From assembly GCF_009914755.1 (NCBI RefSeq), contig NC_060928.1: a DNA stretch of 64,000 nt; one strand, 5' to 3'. The notes beneath the pieces were generated by a model that saw nothing but the letters and a program-made list of their open reading frames with translations, had not been told where the DNA came from and made no database searches. The stretch is from the human T2T-CHM13v2.0 reference genome, Homo sapiens. The position numbers and the translations under genes are program-made. How positions within the stretch are numbered: the first letter of the stretch is position 1; every line of letters begins with the position of its first letter. Positions 30,341 to 43,959 of the stretch are shown here, piece after piece.

Positions 30341-30714
30341 TCACTGCCAGCACCCATCAGGATGCAGATGTTTTGTGAAATTCAGAGACATTCTCTTCCT
30401 AGTGTATCTGCTAAAACACAAACTCAAACCTACCCTTGAAGTCACCTTTTTTTTCAGCACTATGTTATAAAAACATGCCAGAGGTGGAAAAATTTATCAA
30501 CCTTCCAAGCCTTTTCATATATATATACATACATATACACAAATGTTTCAGAATAAGAAAATGTCAACTTTTCATGGACAACAATATGCAGGCAACAGTC
30601 ATGCCTCTCAGGGAGGTTACCGAGAGCTTCATCACTGCCTGGGCAGGTGTGAGGTGGCCCAGGGAAAGGGGGCTCAGCATGAAGTCATGAGCAGTTGACC
30701 ATCTTTATCGAGTA

Positions 30715-30735
30715 TGTGTGTGTGTGTGTGTGTGC

Positions 30736-30768
<33 letters not shown>
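30715..30768. repeat. Compound (TG)n/(GA)n microsatellite
   Basis: Directly visible. Confidence 0.95.
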
Positions 30769-30771
<3 letters not shown>

Positions 30772-31185
30772 TTTTTTTTTGGCTAGGTTGCTCTGGATTC
30801 TGTCAAAATGACATTCATGCTTCTCATGGTCCCCACCAACACTCCAGAAGAGATGAGAGCAAAATGCAATAAAATCAAATCCAGGTCCACATGGCAGCCC
30901 TTCCCATAGATGGTTTTGTTTTTCAAGATCATGAAAATGACACAGGCTAAGAATTCCCAAGCCCATCCAGAACAAAAATCTAGCGTACTTGAGATTAAAA
31001 AGCTTGCTCTAAAATGAATTTTAATTTCTTTTATCTTCTACTCTTCCTTCTCATCCCTCCTACCTTCCCATCCCTTCTTTTCCTCTTTCTGTTTCCTCTC
31101 TTCTTTCTCCTTCTTATTTCCAGGAAAGGAAGGAATGTTGGGGGTCAGGAATCAGATAGTTGTGAAAGTTCTGCTCTGGTGCTGT

Positions 31186-31525
31186 TACTATGGTTTGAAT
31201 GTATTGGAAACTTAATCCCCAAATTCATATATTGATTGGACATTGGGCCTTCTGGAGGAAATTAGGTTTAGATAAGATCATCAGGGTGGGGGGGGGGGGC
31301 AAAATGGGATGGGTGGCTTTATAAGAAGAAAAAGAAAGACTCTAGCTGACCTGCACATTCTTGCTCTCACCACGTGATGCCCTCCACTGTGTTATGATGC
31401 AGTGAGAAGTCCCTCACTGGATGTCAGCCTTAAACTTCCCAGCCTCCAGAACCAGAAGAAATAATTCTTTATAAATCACCCAATCTAAGGTATTCTGTCA
31501 TAGGAACGGACAACAGACTGAGATG
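31186..31525 (+). mobile_element. MaLR solo LTR (MSTC/MSTD-like)
   Basis: 'tactatggtttgaatg...ctttataagaaga...cttcccagcctccagaac...ataaatcacccaatct...acagactgaga'; exact 5-bp TSD GCTGT (31181-31185 / 31526-31530). Confidence 0.85.
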
Positions 31526-32066
31526 GCTGTTATTTTAAGAAATAAAGCTGGCATATATTCCCCTCACTCAAAGTACTTCTAAAATGCAGATGTCCACCAC
31601 CAAAGGGCATTGCATGTAGGTGCATATGCACAAACATAGACATCACCATTGCTAAATAGCAGGTACCATGGAGAACAGAGCAATGAACCATTTCCTCATA
31701 TGGAAAGAAAATACCTAATAAAACCCAAGCAAAGAGTCCAAAATAGCTCCACTTTATTTTTGAGCACTCTTATGTAGAACCATTTAGCCAGGGCCAGGAA
31801 TAATTGGTGCCAGGTGCCTTGTAGAGATGCCAGGTTCATGGATTTCTCACTCTCTTTATGGGAGGATGACTTAATAACACATCTTTGTCTGCTGAATGTT
31901 TGAATCTTATTTCTGAGATTATACCCAAAGATGGCAGCCCTCCTCTGCATGAGTAAATCACATTGAAAATAGGAAAAAGAGTCCAGGCAATCAATGCCTG
32001 TCTCAGCTGAAACATAATTATAAGTCCACTGTGCTTAGAGGTAATACTTTATTAAAAAGAATATCA

Positions 32067-32478
<412 letters not shown>

Positions 32479-33342
32479 AGAGCTACATTTTTGGTTTGGT
32501 GGCTAAGTCATAATTGTAGAAATCTATTTTCCAATAAATCCTTCCCTTGAACCTAAATATATAAAAGAGATAATGTGTGGAGCTGCTCTGGTTATATTGG
32601 GGGTTGGGGGTCCAAGGCATTGCCCATTTAGCTTCTTCCTTGGCTCCCACTTAAGCCACTACTCACCCTCCCCATAAGCTCCCCATGGAGCTCCTCTAAC
32701 AGAGCGTGAAGAGTACTGACTGTTATGCTGGTTATTAGTGAATACATAGTACCCATTACTACACAGGGGGAAACTGAGGCCTGGAAAATGAAGTGTGATG
32801 CCAAAGTGTTGGAGCTGGTGCTGCTGCTGGGACCTGCCACCTCCTGTAGAGCACTAAGTGTCAGCGAGCACTAAGTATCATACTCTGTGACCCTTAGCAA
32901 GGCAGCCCCTCTTGGGACAGCACATGCACCCTGCTCCCCAACAGGAAGCGAACATTTAAACTAGTTTGACCTTGAATGTAAAGTCATGGAGTGAAATAGT
33001 CTACTTAGCAGAGCCCTTCAGGGTGTTCTCCTTTTCCTGTCAATTTGGTATTTTAGTTTTGGAAAACAAAAATATTCTGTAAGAGGAGCTCTGATTTGGT
33101 TCACAAGCCTGTGCTAGTAATAGGAGAACTTGGATAGCCAGGCATCCTACTGTCTTGCTCCTCCACACCCCTGCTTCCTCACCTTTGCCAGGTGCCACCT
33201 GGCCTGGTGGAATGGTGGGCAAGTACTGCAAGAACATGCTCTAAGCCACGGGGTGGTGCAGCCTGCCCGCCCAGGCCCCTTGGCAGGAAGCTGGCAAACA
33301 GGCATCTCATCTCAGAGACAGGACAGTGAAGTGGACAGACTC

Positions 33343-33345
<3 letters not shown>

Positions 33346-33415
<70 letters not shown>

Positions 33416-33426
33416 CGCGCGCGCAC
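33346..33426. repeat. (TG)31(CG)8 alternating purine-pyrimidine tract
   Basis: Uninterrupted TG 33346-33407, then CG 33408-33423, then CAC. Confidence 0.97.
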
Positions 33427-33502
33427 TTAAATAGCATGATTTTCCTCTCTAATTAAAAAAATGAAATTTACAAGGAAAATTTATACCATATAATAAGGAT
33501 AA

Positions 33503-33802
<300 letters not shown>

Positions 33803-36800
33803 AAGAAGCATTTTAAAATACATATCCTTAGATTCTTTCTTTCCTTCCCTCCCTCCTGTCTTTATTTTCTCTCTTCCTACTTTTTTTTCACTATTTCATT
33901 TTGCCAAAATGAGATCATACTGCTTGTGATCCCCTTTTATTTACTTCATGTATTGTGAACACATTTTTTGTGATAAATACATAATAATGTGTACTTATTA
34001 TTGGTTTAGAAGTATTCCTTTGTGCTGTAACTCATTCAAGTACATTTCTACTTTTTAACCTTTGTTTTTTCTGCCTTTATAAATAACATTTTTGTTACTA
34101 GTTTGAGTCCTAAATCATTGCATGTTTCTCTAGCAGGAATTCCTAGAGGTGGAATTGGTGGATATATAAGAAGAACTGTAGCGATTGTGAATAACCAGAA
34201 CTATGGAACTGACTCTTCTGTCCTTAAACATTTGCTAATTACCGCACCCGACCAGCCCAATCCAGGCAGGCGGTTGATGGCAGCTCTTGGCAATCGATGC
34301 CCTCTCCATTTATCAAAGAGATAAATGGAATCATCAAATAGGAAATTCATTATTTTAAAGAGTTCATCTAAAATGGGGTCAGAGAGAGAATGTGACAAAG
34401 TCGAAAAAGCAGGCCCCTCAGAGGAGAAGGGGAAGGGGCAGGGGTGAAATGGAAATTCTCCAATTCCTCAGGCTTCCCTTTGTCCTTCCCTTGAAATCTT
34501 GTGCATCCGCCCTGACTCCAGGCCTCCTCAGCAGATGGTGCCAGGCAGCACCTTCCATTCCCTGCCCAGGGAGGTGACAAAGTTCCGGCTAGCGTGACCA
34601 CAGGATGGATCTCCATTACTTCTTAGCTGATCCATGTTAAACTCAAGATGACTGTGGTCAGACTTAGTTTTCCACCGAGATTTAATTAACAAATTTTCTG
34701 GGCTGTGTTCCCTGGGGCATATTTAGAGTCATGCTCAATGTCTAACTTTCTGGGGAGTTTTCAGCTCGATGAACTTCTTTCTACTTGGACATAGCACATA
34801 GCCACAGAAATGTGTGGGGAGACTAGTGCATGAGAAGAAGCCAGCATATAACTCTGTGAATAGAAGCTCTTTCTATGTACAGGTATTTGGGGAGCAAAGG
34901 CCTCCTTTCTGCTCCTCGAGGCGGGGGGTGTGACTGGTTTCGAGAGGTGGGCTCTGTCGGTGTTGGTAGACAGGCCACCTTAACCTCCCTCAAAGGGGCA
35001 GTGGAGCAGGCTAATGAGTATCCTCTGCGAGCTTGAGAGGTGCACATGCATTCACTTAAAGCAAGGTGGGCCCCTGCCAATTTGTCCAGATTCACTGCCA
35101 GTTGGCAGTAAGATTGAATCCTGAGGAGAGACAGAGAGAGTGGAAGGCCTGGCCTGGGGTTCTGGCCTGACCAGCGAGCAGTAGCTTTCATGTATGGGGA
35201 GGCCACGTTTCAGCATAGATGGGCCGAGATGGGCCCAGTCTCTAGCAATTACCTTCATGGTTTTCTGCCAGAGGCTATTTTTTTCCAAGGGAAAACTTCC
35301 CATTTGTTTTTTGTATTTTTAAAGTGTGTGTGTGCGTGTTTGCTCTTTGTGCTAAGGGTACATGTTCAGCAGAAGGAATTGGCAGGAGCACACGCTCCCT
35401 CTCTCTCTCACTTTGCATGCTTGACCCTGAGACCTTGTGTTCTCCTGAAGCCTCTGCCACGCAATCTCTTCCATCTTCTTCCTGTCTGATGATTTCCCCT
35501 GGACTCTCCCATGGGCATTTTTATGTCAATAGATTGGAATGTTTCTCTCCTCACTGGGAAAAGCTCCTTTGGTCTCAGTGAACTCAGAGGTGGAGAAAGT
35601 CATAAGAATCAGGGAGCCTGCCCCAAATTGCCTCCTATGATAACTTTCCACAAAGACTGGAGGGGAGGCTTCAAACATCTTCCTGCAGTGTCCAGCAAGA
35701 CAGCGAGGCAGACTCCCTTTCTCCTGCCAAAGCCACGTGGAGCCAGACAGAACCACAAGCATACCTGTGGTGCTTGGAGGCCCAAGTAGAAACTTGAATG
35801 CTCACGGCTGCATTGGCAGCTTCTACTTGCCTGCCTGGATCACCGTTCCTCATGAGAACTTGGAAAAGCAGGACTATCATTCTTGCTTGACAGACGAAGA
35901 AACCAAGCCTCAGGTAGGTAGTTAGTTTCCCAAAGTAACATATTGTAGTGGATGGCAGGGTGGATGTGACAGTCAGCTTTGTTTGACTTTCAACTGAGTG
36001 GCATTATAAGGTTGCACTGGTCACATGGGAGACCTGACCATCCTGGGGACCCTGAAACACCTAGGCCTAGCCAATCATTAAGGCAGTTCATACCCAAAGC
36101 AGGATAGTTGGTGATCTGATTTTAGGTGGCACCAGGAAACTCCAACACTACCCTTGTGAGGTTCCATAATTTAGTGTCATTCTTTGGTTAATGGATTGTC
36201 TGCAATTACAATGAAAATATCTTTGTGTCTATAATCATTTAAGCAGTCATTTCCATCTAAGTGTGAATTAATTTATTGTCTTATTCAATGTAACAGCTAG
36301 CTGAGGCTTGATTTTATTTTCCTTCATGCATTTATTCTTTCAATTGGTATGCATTTAATGACCATCTGAGGACAAGATACTATGTGAGTTCAAGGAGGAG
36401 TAAGACATGCACTCTGCCCTAAATGAACTTACAGGTTAAAAGGGAACTGAAGTCACCATAAAGCAGCATACAGTAAGTGACATAAGAACAGCACAAATAG
36501 AAAAAAATCAATTGAGGGCAGGAACTGAGGTGTTTAGGGAGCACCCACTGGGGGAACCAACATGTGGGATGAGTCTTTGTGAAGGATGGTCATGATTTCA
36601 ACTAGAACCTGTAGTGTTACAGAAGGCAGGCAGAGAAGGGAGAGGAAGGCATTGCCGGAGGGAAGGCAAGGAGCAAAGACATGGGGTAAGAAACTGACAT
36701 GTTTGTTTGGGGCATTCACATGGTTCCCTTTAACTTAAGTATAGGGTATGTGGAGGGGAGTAACAAGAGATAAAGATAAAAGGTGTTTTGAGGCCTATAT

Positions 36801-37025
36801 TTAGAAGACTGTCAGTGCCAGGCTAAGGAGGATGGTGTCTTACCTGGTCGGCAGTGGGAGCCTTTGAAAGTGTGTGAACAGTAAAGCGCCAGGACTCCAA
36901 CTGTGTGCTAGGAATCATGGGTCAGAGGTTCCTGGAGAATGTTTATTTCAAGCTGAAATAATCAAGGCCTGAGCTTAAATAATAGTGGTGAGAACTGCCA
37001 GGAGGGAATGGTGCAGAAGATAGCC

Positions 37026-37880
37026 CGATATTGTGATATAATACAAAAATATATCCTTGTCTTCAGCCCTGGCTCTAGTTCCTTACATGGAGCTCTTAAA
37101 ACCTTTGGAATTCCCTGAACGATGGGATGAGAGGAGTGTGTTATTTTATTCGTAAGCCCCTTTCAACCACACATGAGTGGATGCTAGTGAGATGGCTGGG
37201 GGTTGGGGGACTCTAGATAGCTTCTGGCTGGGGGCTGGTTCCCAGGAAGACCAAGACAGGATAAAAGAGTTGGAACTTTCAACCTCACTTCCACCCCTCA
37301 ACCTCTGAAGAAAGAAGAGGAGATACAGACTGAGTCAATTGCCAATGGCCAATGATTTAATCAGTTATGCCTATGTAATGAAACCTCCATAAAATCCCCA
37401 AACAATGGGATTTGAAGGGCTTCTTGGTCAGCAAACACATCAACGTGTGAAGAGGGCACAGAAGCTCCATGTCCTCACCCCCATCGCCGGCCCTATGCAT
37501 CTCTTCCATTTGGTTTTTCCTGAGTTGTAGCTTTTATAATACATAAGCAATGGGAAGTAAACTGGTTTTCTGAGTTCTGTGAGCTGTTCTAGCAAACCAT
37601 TGAAACTGAGGAAGGGGTTGTGGGAACCTCTGACTTTATGACTGTTTTATCAGAAGTATGGGTGGCTGGGACTTGTGATTGGTGTCTGAAGTGGGACAGT
37701 CTTGTGGGACTGAGGCCGTAACCTGTGGGGTCTGAATTAACTCTGGGTACCTAGTGTCAGAATGGAATTTAATCATTGGATACCCAGTTGGTGTCTGGAA
37801 AGCTGGAGAACTGGTTGTGGGTGTGGAAAAAAACTTACATATTTTGGTGTCAGGGTGTTGTGAGTAGAAACAGATCATGT
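37026..37880 (+). mobile_element. MER21C-like LTR
   Basis: 'gatattgtgatataata...gagctcttaaaacctttggaatt...ccaatggccaatgatttaatca...ttttctgagttctgtgagc...tggtgtctgaagtgg'. Confidence 0.8.
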
Positions 37881-37899
37881 CAACAGATGGGCTCTTTTT

Positions 37900-38795
37900 T
37901 TAAAAAAAATTTTTTTACATTTCTTTTTTTCCTTCTACATTTTTTCTCTTTAAGCTTTATTTTTGATACACAATAATTGTATATATTTATGGGGTACAGT
38001 GTGATGTTTTGTTACATGTATGCAATGTGCAATGATCAAATCAGCACAATTGGGATATCCATCACTTCAAATATTTATTATTTCTTTTGGTGAGAACATT
38101 CCAAATCTTCTTTTCTAGCTATGTAAAAATATACAGTAAATTACTGTGAACTATAGTCACCTTATTATGCTACTGAACACTAGATTATATTCCTTCTATA
38201 ATATCTAAGTGTGTTTTCGTTCCCACTCCCCCTCCTCACTACCCTCTGAGCCTCTAATAACTATCATTCTATTTGCTATCTCCATGTGATTCATTTATTT
38301 AGACTCCATATATAAGTGAGAACATGTGACATTTGTCTTTCTGTGCTTGGCTTATTTTACTTAACACAATGTCCTCCAGTTCCATCCATGTTGTTGTGGA
38401 TGGCAGGATTTTGTCCTTTTTTACAGCTAAATAGTATTCCATTGTGTATATATATGAGATTTTCTTTATGCATTCATCCTTTGATGGATACTTCAGTTGA
38501 TTCCATATCTTGGCTATTGTGAAGAGTGCTGTGGTAAACGTGGGAGTGCAGATATTTCTTCAAAATATTTGACTTCCTTTCCTTTGGCTACATACACAGT
38601 AGTGGATTGCTGGATCATATAGTAGTTTATATTCTTAATTTTTTGAGGGAACACTATACTATTTTCTGTAATGACTGTATTAATTTACATTTCCACCAAC
38701 AGTGTATAAGAATTCTCCTTTCCCCACGTCCTCACCATCATTGGTCTTTTTTTTTGTCTTTTTGATAATAGTCATTTTAACTGGAGTGAGATGAT
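37900..38795 (-). mobile_element. L1MA 3' end, 5'-truncated
   Basis: 'ataattgtatatatttatggggtacagtgtgatg...aatgatcaaatcag' through 'ctggagtgagatgata'. Confidence 0.88.
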
Positions 38796-39299
38796 AGCAG
38801 ATGGGCTCTTGTTTAAGAGTAGTTGTGGTATATAAGGGAGAGGGAGATGTTAAAGATGGCCAAGTGTCAAGTCTTGGTAAGTTGAAGGTGTGGAAGATTA
38901 AGAGGAAGCCCAGGAGAAAGAACTGCTGAGGGTGGGAATAGGAGGTGTGCCAATTTAGACATGTTGACTGGAGGTAGCCGCTGGCCTGCAGGCACAGCAG
39001 GGCCTCATATGTGGGGAGAGCGTTCAGTGAGCATGAGAGGGCGCTGACGGAAGAATCAAGGAGAGACCCATGGTCACAGGGAGGCAAAGGGATTCCAAAT
39101 CTGTCTCATTCAAAAACATTTTCCTGTGTGAGGCCACTATTCTAAATCCTGAGATTCATACGAGCAAGGACAAGTCACTCTTCTCATGGAGCTTTCCTTC
39201 TTATACAGCAATTGGTAGGACCCAAGTCTTCTGCAGAGCCCTAAAGTGTAGCTTTCCTTCACTAGTTGTCATTCTCAATGTGGAAACATTCAGCCTCCA

Positions 39300-39680
39300 C
39301 TCCATCACAACCTGAAGGAAGGGCTTCCAGCTCCTCAAGCAATCTGGACCCTTCCCTGTCAATCCCCTGGCACCTGGCCACCCATACACCACCACCCATC
39401 CCCCATCAGGAGTTTCTACTATTCTGACTTCTATCATCATAGATTTGTTCTGTCTGGTCTTGAACTTTCATATGAATGTAATCACACATTTTGGGAAGCC
39501 TTCATTTGTTCAATATTGTGTGGTTGAGTAGAGTTGTAGCTTTTTTTTAATATTCCTTTTTTTGGGGGTATTATTCCATTGCAAATACCCTACCTTCTAT
39601 TTGTCGATTCTACTACTTGATGAAGATTTGGGTTGTTTTCAGTTTTGGACTATTATGAATAAATCTGTTATGAACCAGCT
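39300..39680 (-). mobile_element. Old L1MC/ME 3' fragment
   Basis: 'actattctgacttctatcatcatagatt...gaactttcatatgaatg...atttgggttgttttcagttttgg.ctattatgaataa'. Confidence 0.65.
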
Positions 39681-41539
39681 TGGGGAGCTGACCTAAAAAA
39701 GCAGTCACATCAAGTGATAGCAGGAGTGAGTACTCAGAAAAAAAGGGGGATGTAAGATACACTTTCAACTTTCCCAGTACTTAAAGCACAGCAGGCAACC
39801 GCCAGGGAGAACCACACTCAGCTTGAGCAACAACACCCTCCCTGGAGATATGTGATTAATACCCAACTGCTCTGGTAGCCCTTAGGGCACATGAGACCTG
39901 GGATAGGGTGAGTTTTGTGTGGCGATTGGGAGGAGGGAAGTGAGGAGATCAGCTTGAGCTGTGAAAGGGCCTGGTGGGCCCATTCCTCAGGTGTATTTCT
40001 TGGTCTGGCATGGATTTCTGCCCTTGATCTCTGGCTCTGGAGGTGACTGGGATAATTGAGGCCTTATGCCCCACTCCCCGAAGACTGGTTTTGGCACATA
40101 TGCAACCTGCATTTTAATATTATTCCTTATGACTGGAAGCATTTGGAAGGAGTCCTTGCCCCTGGTTTTAAAAGGTGGCATTATTTTATGAACATTTAGA
40201 CATTGATTAATAAAATTCCGAACCCATTAACTAATGGGGAAATGCCAAACTTTTTTGCGTATCCGAGAAAGTAAATGTAATAAAAACTATCCCAAAAGGT
40301 AAGTTAAATTATAGTCTTTGCTTTTTCTCTCCTGATAGTCCCACCAGATGTTTTTCAAATGCAGGACACAGGCCCTTTTTTCTGTTTTCTCCAGGGAAAG
40401 AAGACAGAAAGCTTGGCTCAGCTATGCTAACTTTCAGAAGGAGAAAAAAGCACCACGTTAGGACAGGGCCTGTTGGGACTCGCCGTGCTGCTGGTTCATA
40501 AATCTGAAGACAAGGAAACTAGACCTCCGTCAATTTCCAATCCCTTTTTCCTATTGACCCCCACCCACTCTTCCCAGATCACCATTGGGAATTTAGCTCT
40601 GATTTTGAATGCTGGGAACAGAGCTTGTGAAGACCCTGTAAGCCCTGGGAGGTTGAAAGGTGGCCATTTGGTTTCTTCTCTGTGGAGAAGGGCAGGGGCT
40701 CCCTGCCCAGGCAAGGCCTCCATTTGAGGACTCCCCTCGCAGGAGCCGAGCCCATGGCCGGATGGCTATGTGGTCACTGAAGACTGGAATCAGCACCTCT
40801 CCCCAAACAGCCTGCTCAGGGCTCTAAGTTCCTCTTGCAAATGGGGATCTTGATTTCTCCACCCTTCCTCAGCCCCAATCCAAGTTTTCTGAGTCTGGAA
40901 AGAAATAAAACAGCTATAAAGTTGAGGGACAGGATATGTCCAATCCTCATGGCCCTGCGGTCATATCCTCTGCTTTTGCCGTGATGAGCCATGGAAATGT
41001 TTATAACCTGGCTGCAGTTCCTGGGCCTTAGCTCCAAGAGCGGAGCTTCCTCTCCCTCCCACGGCTTCCCCACCTCCCTGCCTTCCCTGACTGATCTGAA
41101 AAGCCAACTTGTCATCCGAAATGAAATGCAGAAGTCAGGGATGCTTTTAAATTTCTCCCTAAGAGCAGCGTTCCCAAGTTCCCAAGCTTTCTCTCACATA
41201 TTGCGCTGGAGCTGGGCTTCAGAACAGTTCAAAAGAAACGGGACGGTGGGCCTAGGAGTGCCGCTCCTTTCCTTCCACAGACCCCACTCCTCTCCAAGAT
41301 GTTGGCATTGTCGCCAACACAACGTGGAAGCTAGGGGGCTGCGGGGGACCACCCTGTCCCGGGGAAAAGTCAAGCAGGATCTCTCACGGTTTTTGGTGTG
41401 GGAACGGTCTCTACATGGGAGGAGCTGATGGAGCATAAAGTTTCCATTTTTGTTCCTCCATATTTGTCTTCCCTTTGGGCAGTGCTTCCTATTCCTGCTG
41501 TCCTGAGAATCACTTGGGATGCCTAAACAATGATAACAC

Positions 41540-41845
41540 GGCCGGGCGCGGTGGCTCACGCCTGTAATCCCAGCACTTTGGGAGGCCGAGGAGGGCGTAT
41601 CACGAGGTCAGGAGATCGAGACCATCCTGGCTAACACGGTGAAACCCCGTCTCTACTAAAAATACAAAAAATTAGCTGGGCGTGGTGGCGGGCGCCAGTA
41701 GTCCCAGCTGCTGGGGAGGCTGAGGCAGGAGAATGGCGTGAACCTGGGCGCAGCTTGCAGTGAGCCGAGATCGGGCCACTGCACTCCAGCCTGGGCGACA
41801 GAACGAGACTCCATCTCAAAAAAACCAAACCAAACCAAACAAGCA

Positions 41846-41878
<33 letters not shown>
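41540..41878 (+). mobile_element. AluY (CpG-rich)
   Basis: Diagnostic 'gagatcgagaccatcctggctaacacgg', 'gaatggcgtgaacc', 'agcttgcagtgagcc'; long A-tail; imperfect TSD AAA(C/G)AATGATAA. Confidence 0.96.
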
Positions 41879-41880
<2 letters not shown>

Positions 41881-43074
41881 ATGATAAAAACACATCAAGC
41901 ACAAGAGCAGGTGAGGAACCTGGAGATGGCTGGCAGGATGATCTGGCTTAATTCAATTGGCTGGCCTGTTTGTGCTACTGTCTTGTTTTAGGGCATAATT
42001 ACATCTTGTGTTAGCTATAGCCACAAAAATATACAATTTAGGGGAAGAAGTGTTCCATTGAATCAAAAGATGGCAGGCAAACAAAGGATGGAAATGATAT
42101 TCATGGATGGACTTTTCTTGGTCTTGAACTACAAGTGGTTTTGCAACCCATTCTTAATTCTTGGTTCTGAATGACTCCCCTCTTAACCTCCCCACGTGTG
42201 AGGATTTACTGGTGCCCTGATCCCATAACTTAATTTTTGTCCTCTCTTTTTCTTTTGGATTATGAATGTCTGCTGAAGTTAAGCTGCAATAACATAATTT
42301 GTCATTGTCTAACATGCAGTGTTATGTTTGAGCCTTTTGACTGAGCAGCATAAATTAGTGTCCTGTTTTATTAATGGTATAAATTCATAGGAGTAGGTTT
42401 ATTTCAAGTGAGAGATAAGCTGCATAGCCAGGGAAAACTGAAAATGGCACTTGTAGAAAGAAGTTGCTTAATTTTCTGCCACTATCCCATTAGGCCAATC
42501 ATCCCCTTTATAGGAATCTACCTACAGGCAATTTTCAAAGTCCTAAGCAAGAAACCCTATCATATTTTCCACTGTATTATAGACATTACTTTTCATTTCT
42601 GTAGTTCTTGGGGGCAGTGGATAAAATGGTCTTTCTTCACTCAGTATGTGGAGTGCTACAGTCTCCTCTTCTTGAAAGCCTCCACCTCTTACTCAGCCCT
42701 TCCTTCAACTCTACTGCCAAAGTTATTTCACACCCTGTGTTTGCTCAGTGCATTCAACCTGATCCCCATGCCTCAGAGGGCCTTCCAGTGGCTCTGCAAA
42801 AGAAGGCTTGGGGTCTCATCTTTTGCTCCAAAGTCTAACCCTTTTCTTACTAATGCTGCACAATGCCCTCTGCTTCTAGTCACATTTCCCCCAAAAGCCA
42901 CACCCTAGTGTCTTGGTGTTCTAGTCATTCTTTCTTCATTCCCACAATATACAGAAATTCCCTTTTTTTAATGAGGCCCTTCCCAACTGCTTTGTAAAAG
43001 AATGGGTCTTGCTTCTGGAAGGTAAGCAACATGGCCCCTTTGCCACTCCATTGCCTCTTGCATAATAAAAATGA

Positions 43075-43529
43075 CAATAATTGTCTCAATGGCTAACACT
43101 TACGTAGCACCAATTATGTGCCAGTCACAGTCCTAAGCATTTTATATGTCAACTGATTTAATCTTGGCAAAAGTCCTTTTAAGTGATGTGATGGTTAATT
43201 GTTTGTGTCCAATTAACTTGGCCAAGGTGCCCAGATATGTGGTCGAACATTTTACTGAATGTTTCTGTGAGGGTGTTTTTGGTTGAGAGTAACATTTACC
43301 TGGGTAGACTGAACAAAGCGGATTGCCCTTCATAATGCTGGTGGGCCTCATCCAATCAGTTGAAACCCTGAATAGAACACAAGACTGACTTCCCTCAGGC
43401 AAAAGGAAATTCTGCCAGGAGATGGCCTTTGGACTTGAACCACAGCATCAGCTCTTCCCCGGTCTCCAGTCTTCCAGTCCACCCTGCAGATCTGTAATCA
43501 CATGAGCAAATTCCTTAAATCCCTTTACA

Positions 43530-43583
<54 letters not shown>

Positions 43584-43770
43584 TGTTTCTGATTCTCTGG
43601 AGAACCCTGACTAATACAGGTGGGTATTTTTATGATTATCCCACTTTACAGATGTGATAACTGGGCACAGAGATGTTAGGTAACTTGTCCAAGGTCATTA
43701 TCAGTACCAGTATGTAGTGCAGTTGGGATTCTGTGTGACTCCTGAGTCTGTGCTCTTAACCACAAGATTA
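43075..43770 (-). mobile_element. MIR split by the MLT2 LTR (43075-43186 and 43619-43770)
   Basis: 'gctaacacttacgtagcacc..tatgtgccag' on the left; 'tatcccactttacagatg...gcacagagatgttaggtaacttgtccaaggtca' on the right. Confidence 0.8.
43187..43618 (+). mobile_element. MLT2 (ERVL) solo LTR with internal (CA)n
   Basis: Starts TGTGATGGTTAATT; contains 'gggcctcatccaatcagttgaa'; ends 'ctctggagaaccctgactaataca'; (CA)n at 43531-43580. Confidence 0.9.
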
Positions 43771-43959
43771 AATACATACTTATGTTCAGACTTATTTGTT
43801 CATTGGTCTGCCTCACATATCATTTTTGCTGGGTTATTTTATGTTTTCAGTTGTCAGTTTTGAGAAGACAGAATCTGCCCATCTGGCTAATGTACCATGG
43901 AGAGGCCTAGCCTAGACTTTTAAAAGGAAGTTTAGAGAAGTGTCTGATGAGATTGACTC

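Larger units (their letters stand above)
36320..39090 (-). mobile_element. L2 fragment (36320-37020 and 38796-39090) split by MER21 and L1MA insertions
   Basis: L2-like 'ttcatgcatttattc...ctctgccctaaatgaacttaca', 'gccaggctaaggag', 'tttagacatgttga'. Confidence 0.6.

Noticed and set aside
32849-32880. Short direct repeat GAGCACTAAGT(G/A)TCA x2
   Set aside because: Simple two-copy slippage duplication with no motif I can support.
40991-41428. 145-aa ATG ORF in the GC-rich patch
   Set aside because: No recognisable motif; overlapping ORFs on both strands point to GC-driven stop scarcity.
42408-42908. 166-aa ORF in unique DNA
   Set aside because: GTG start, non-coding-like composition, no recognisable homology.
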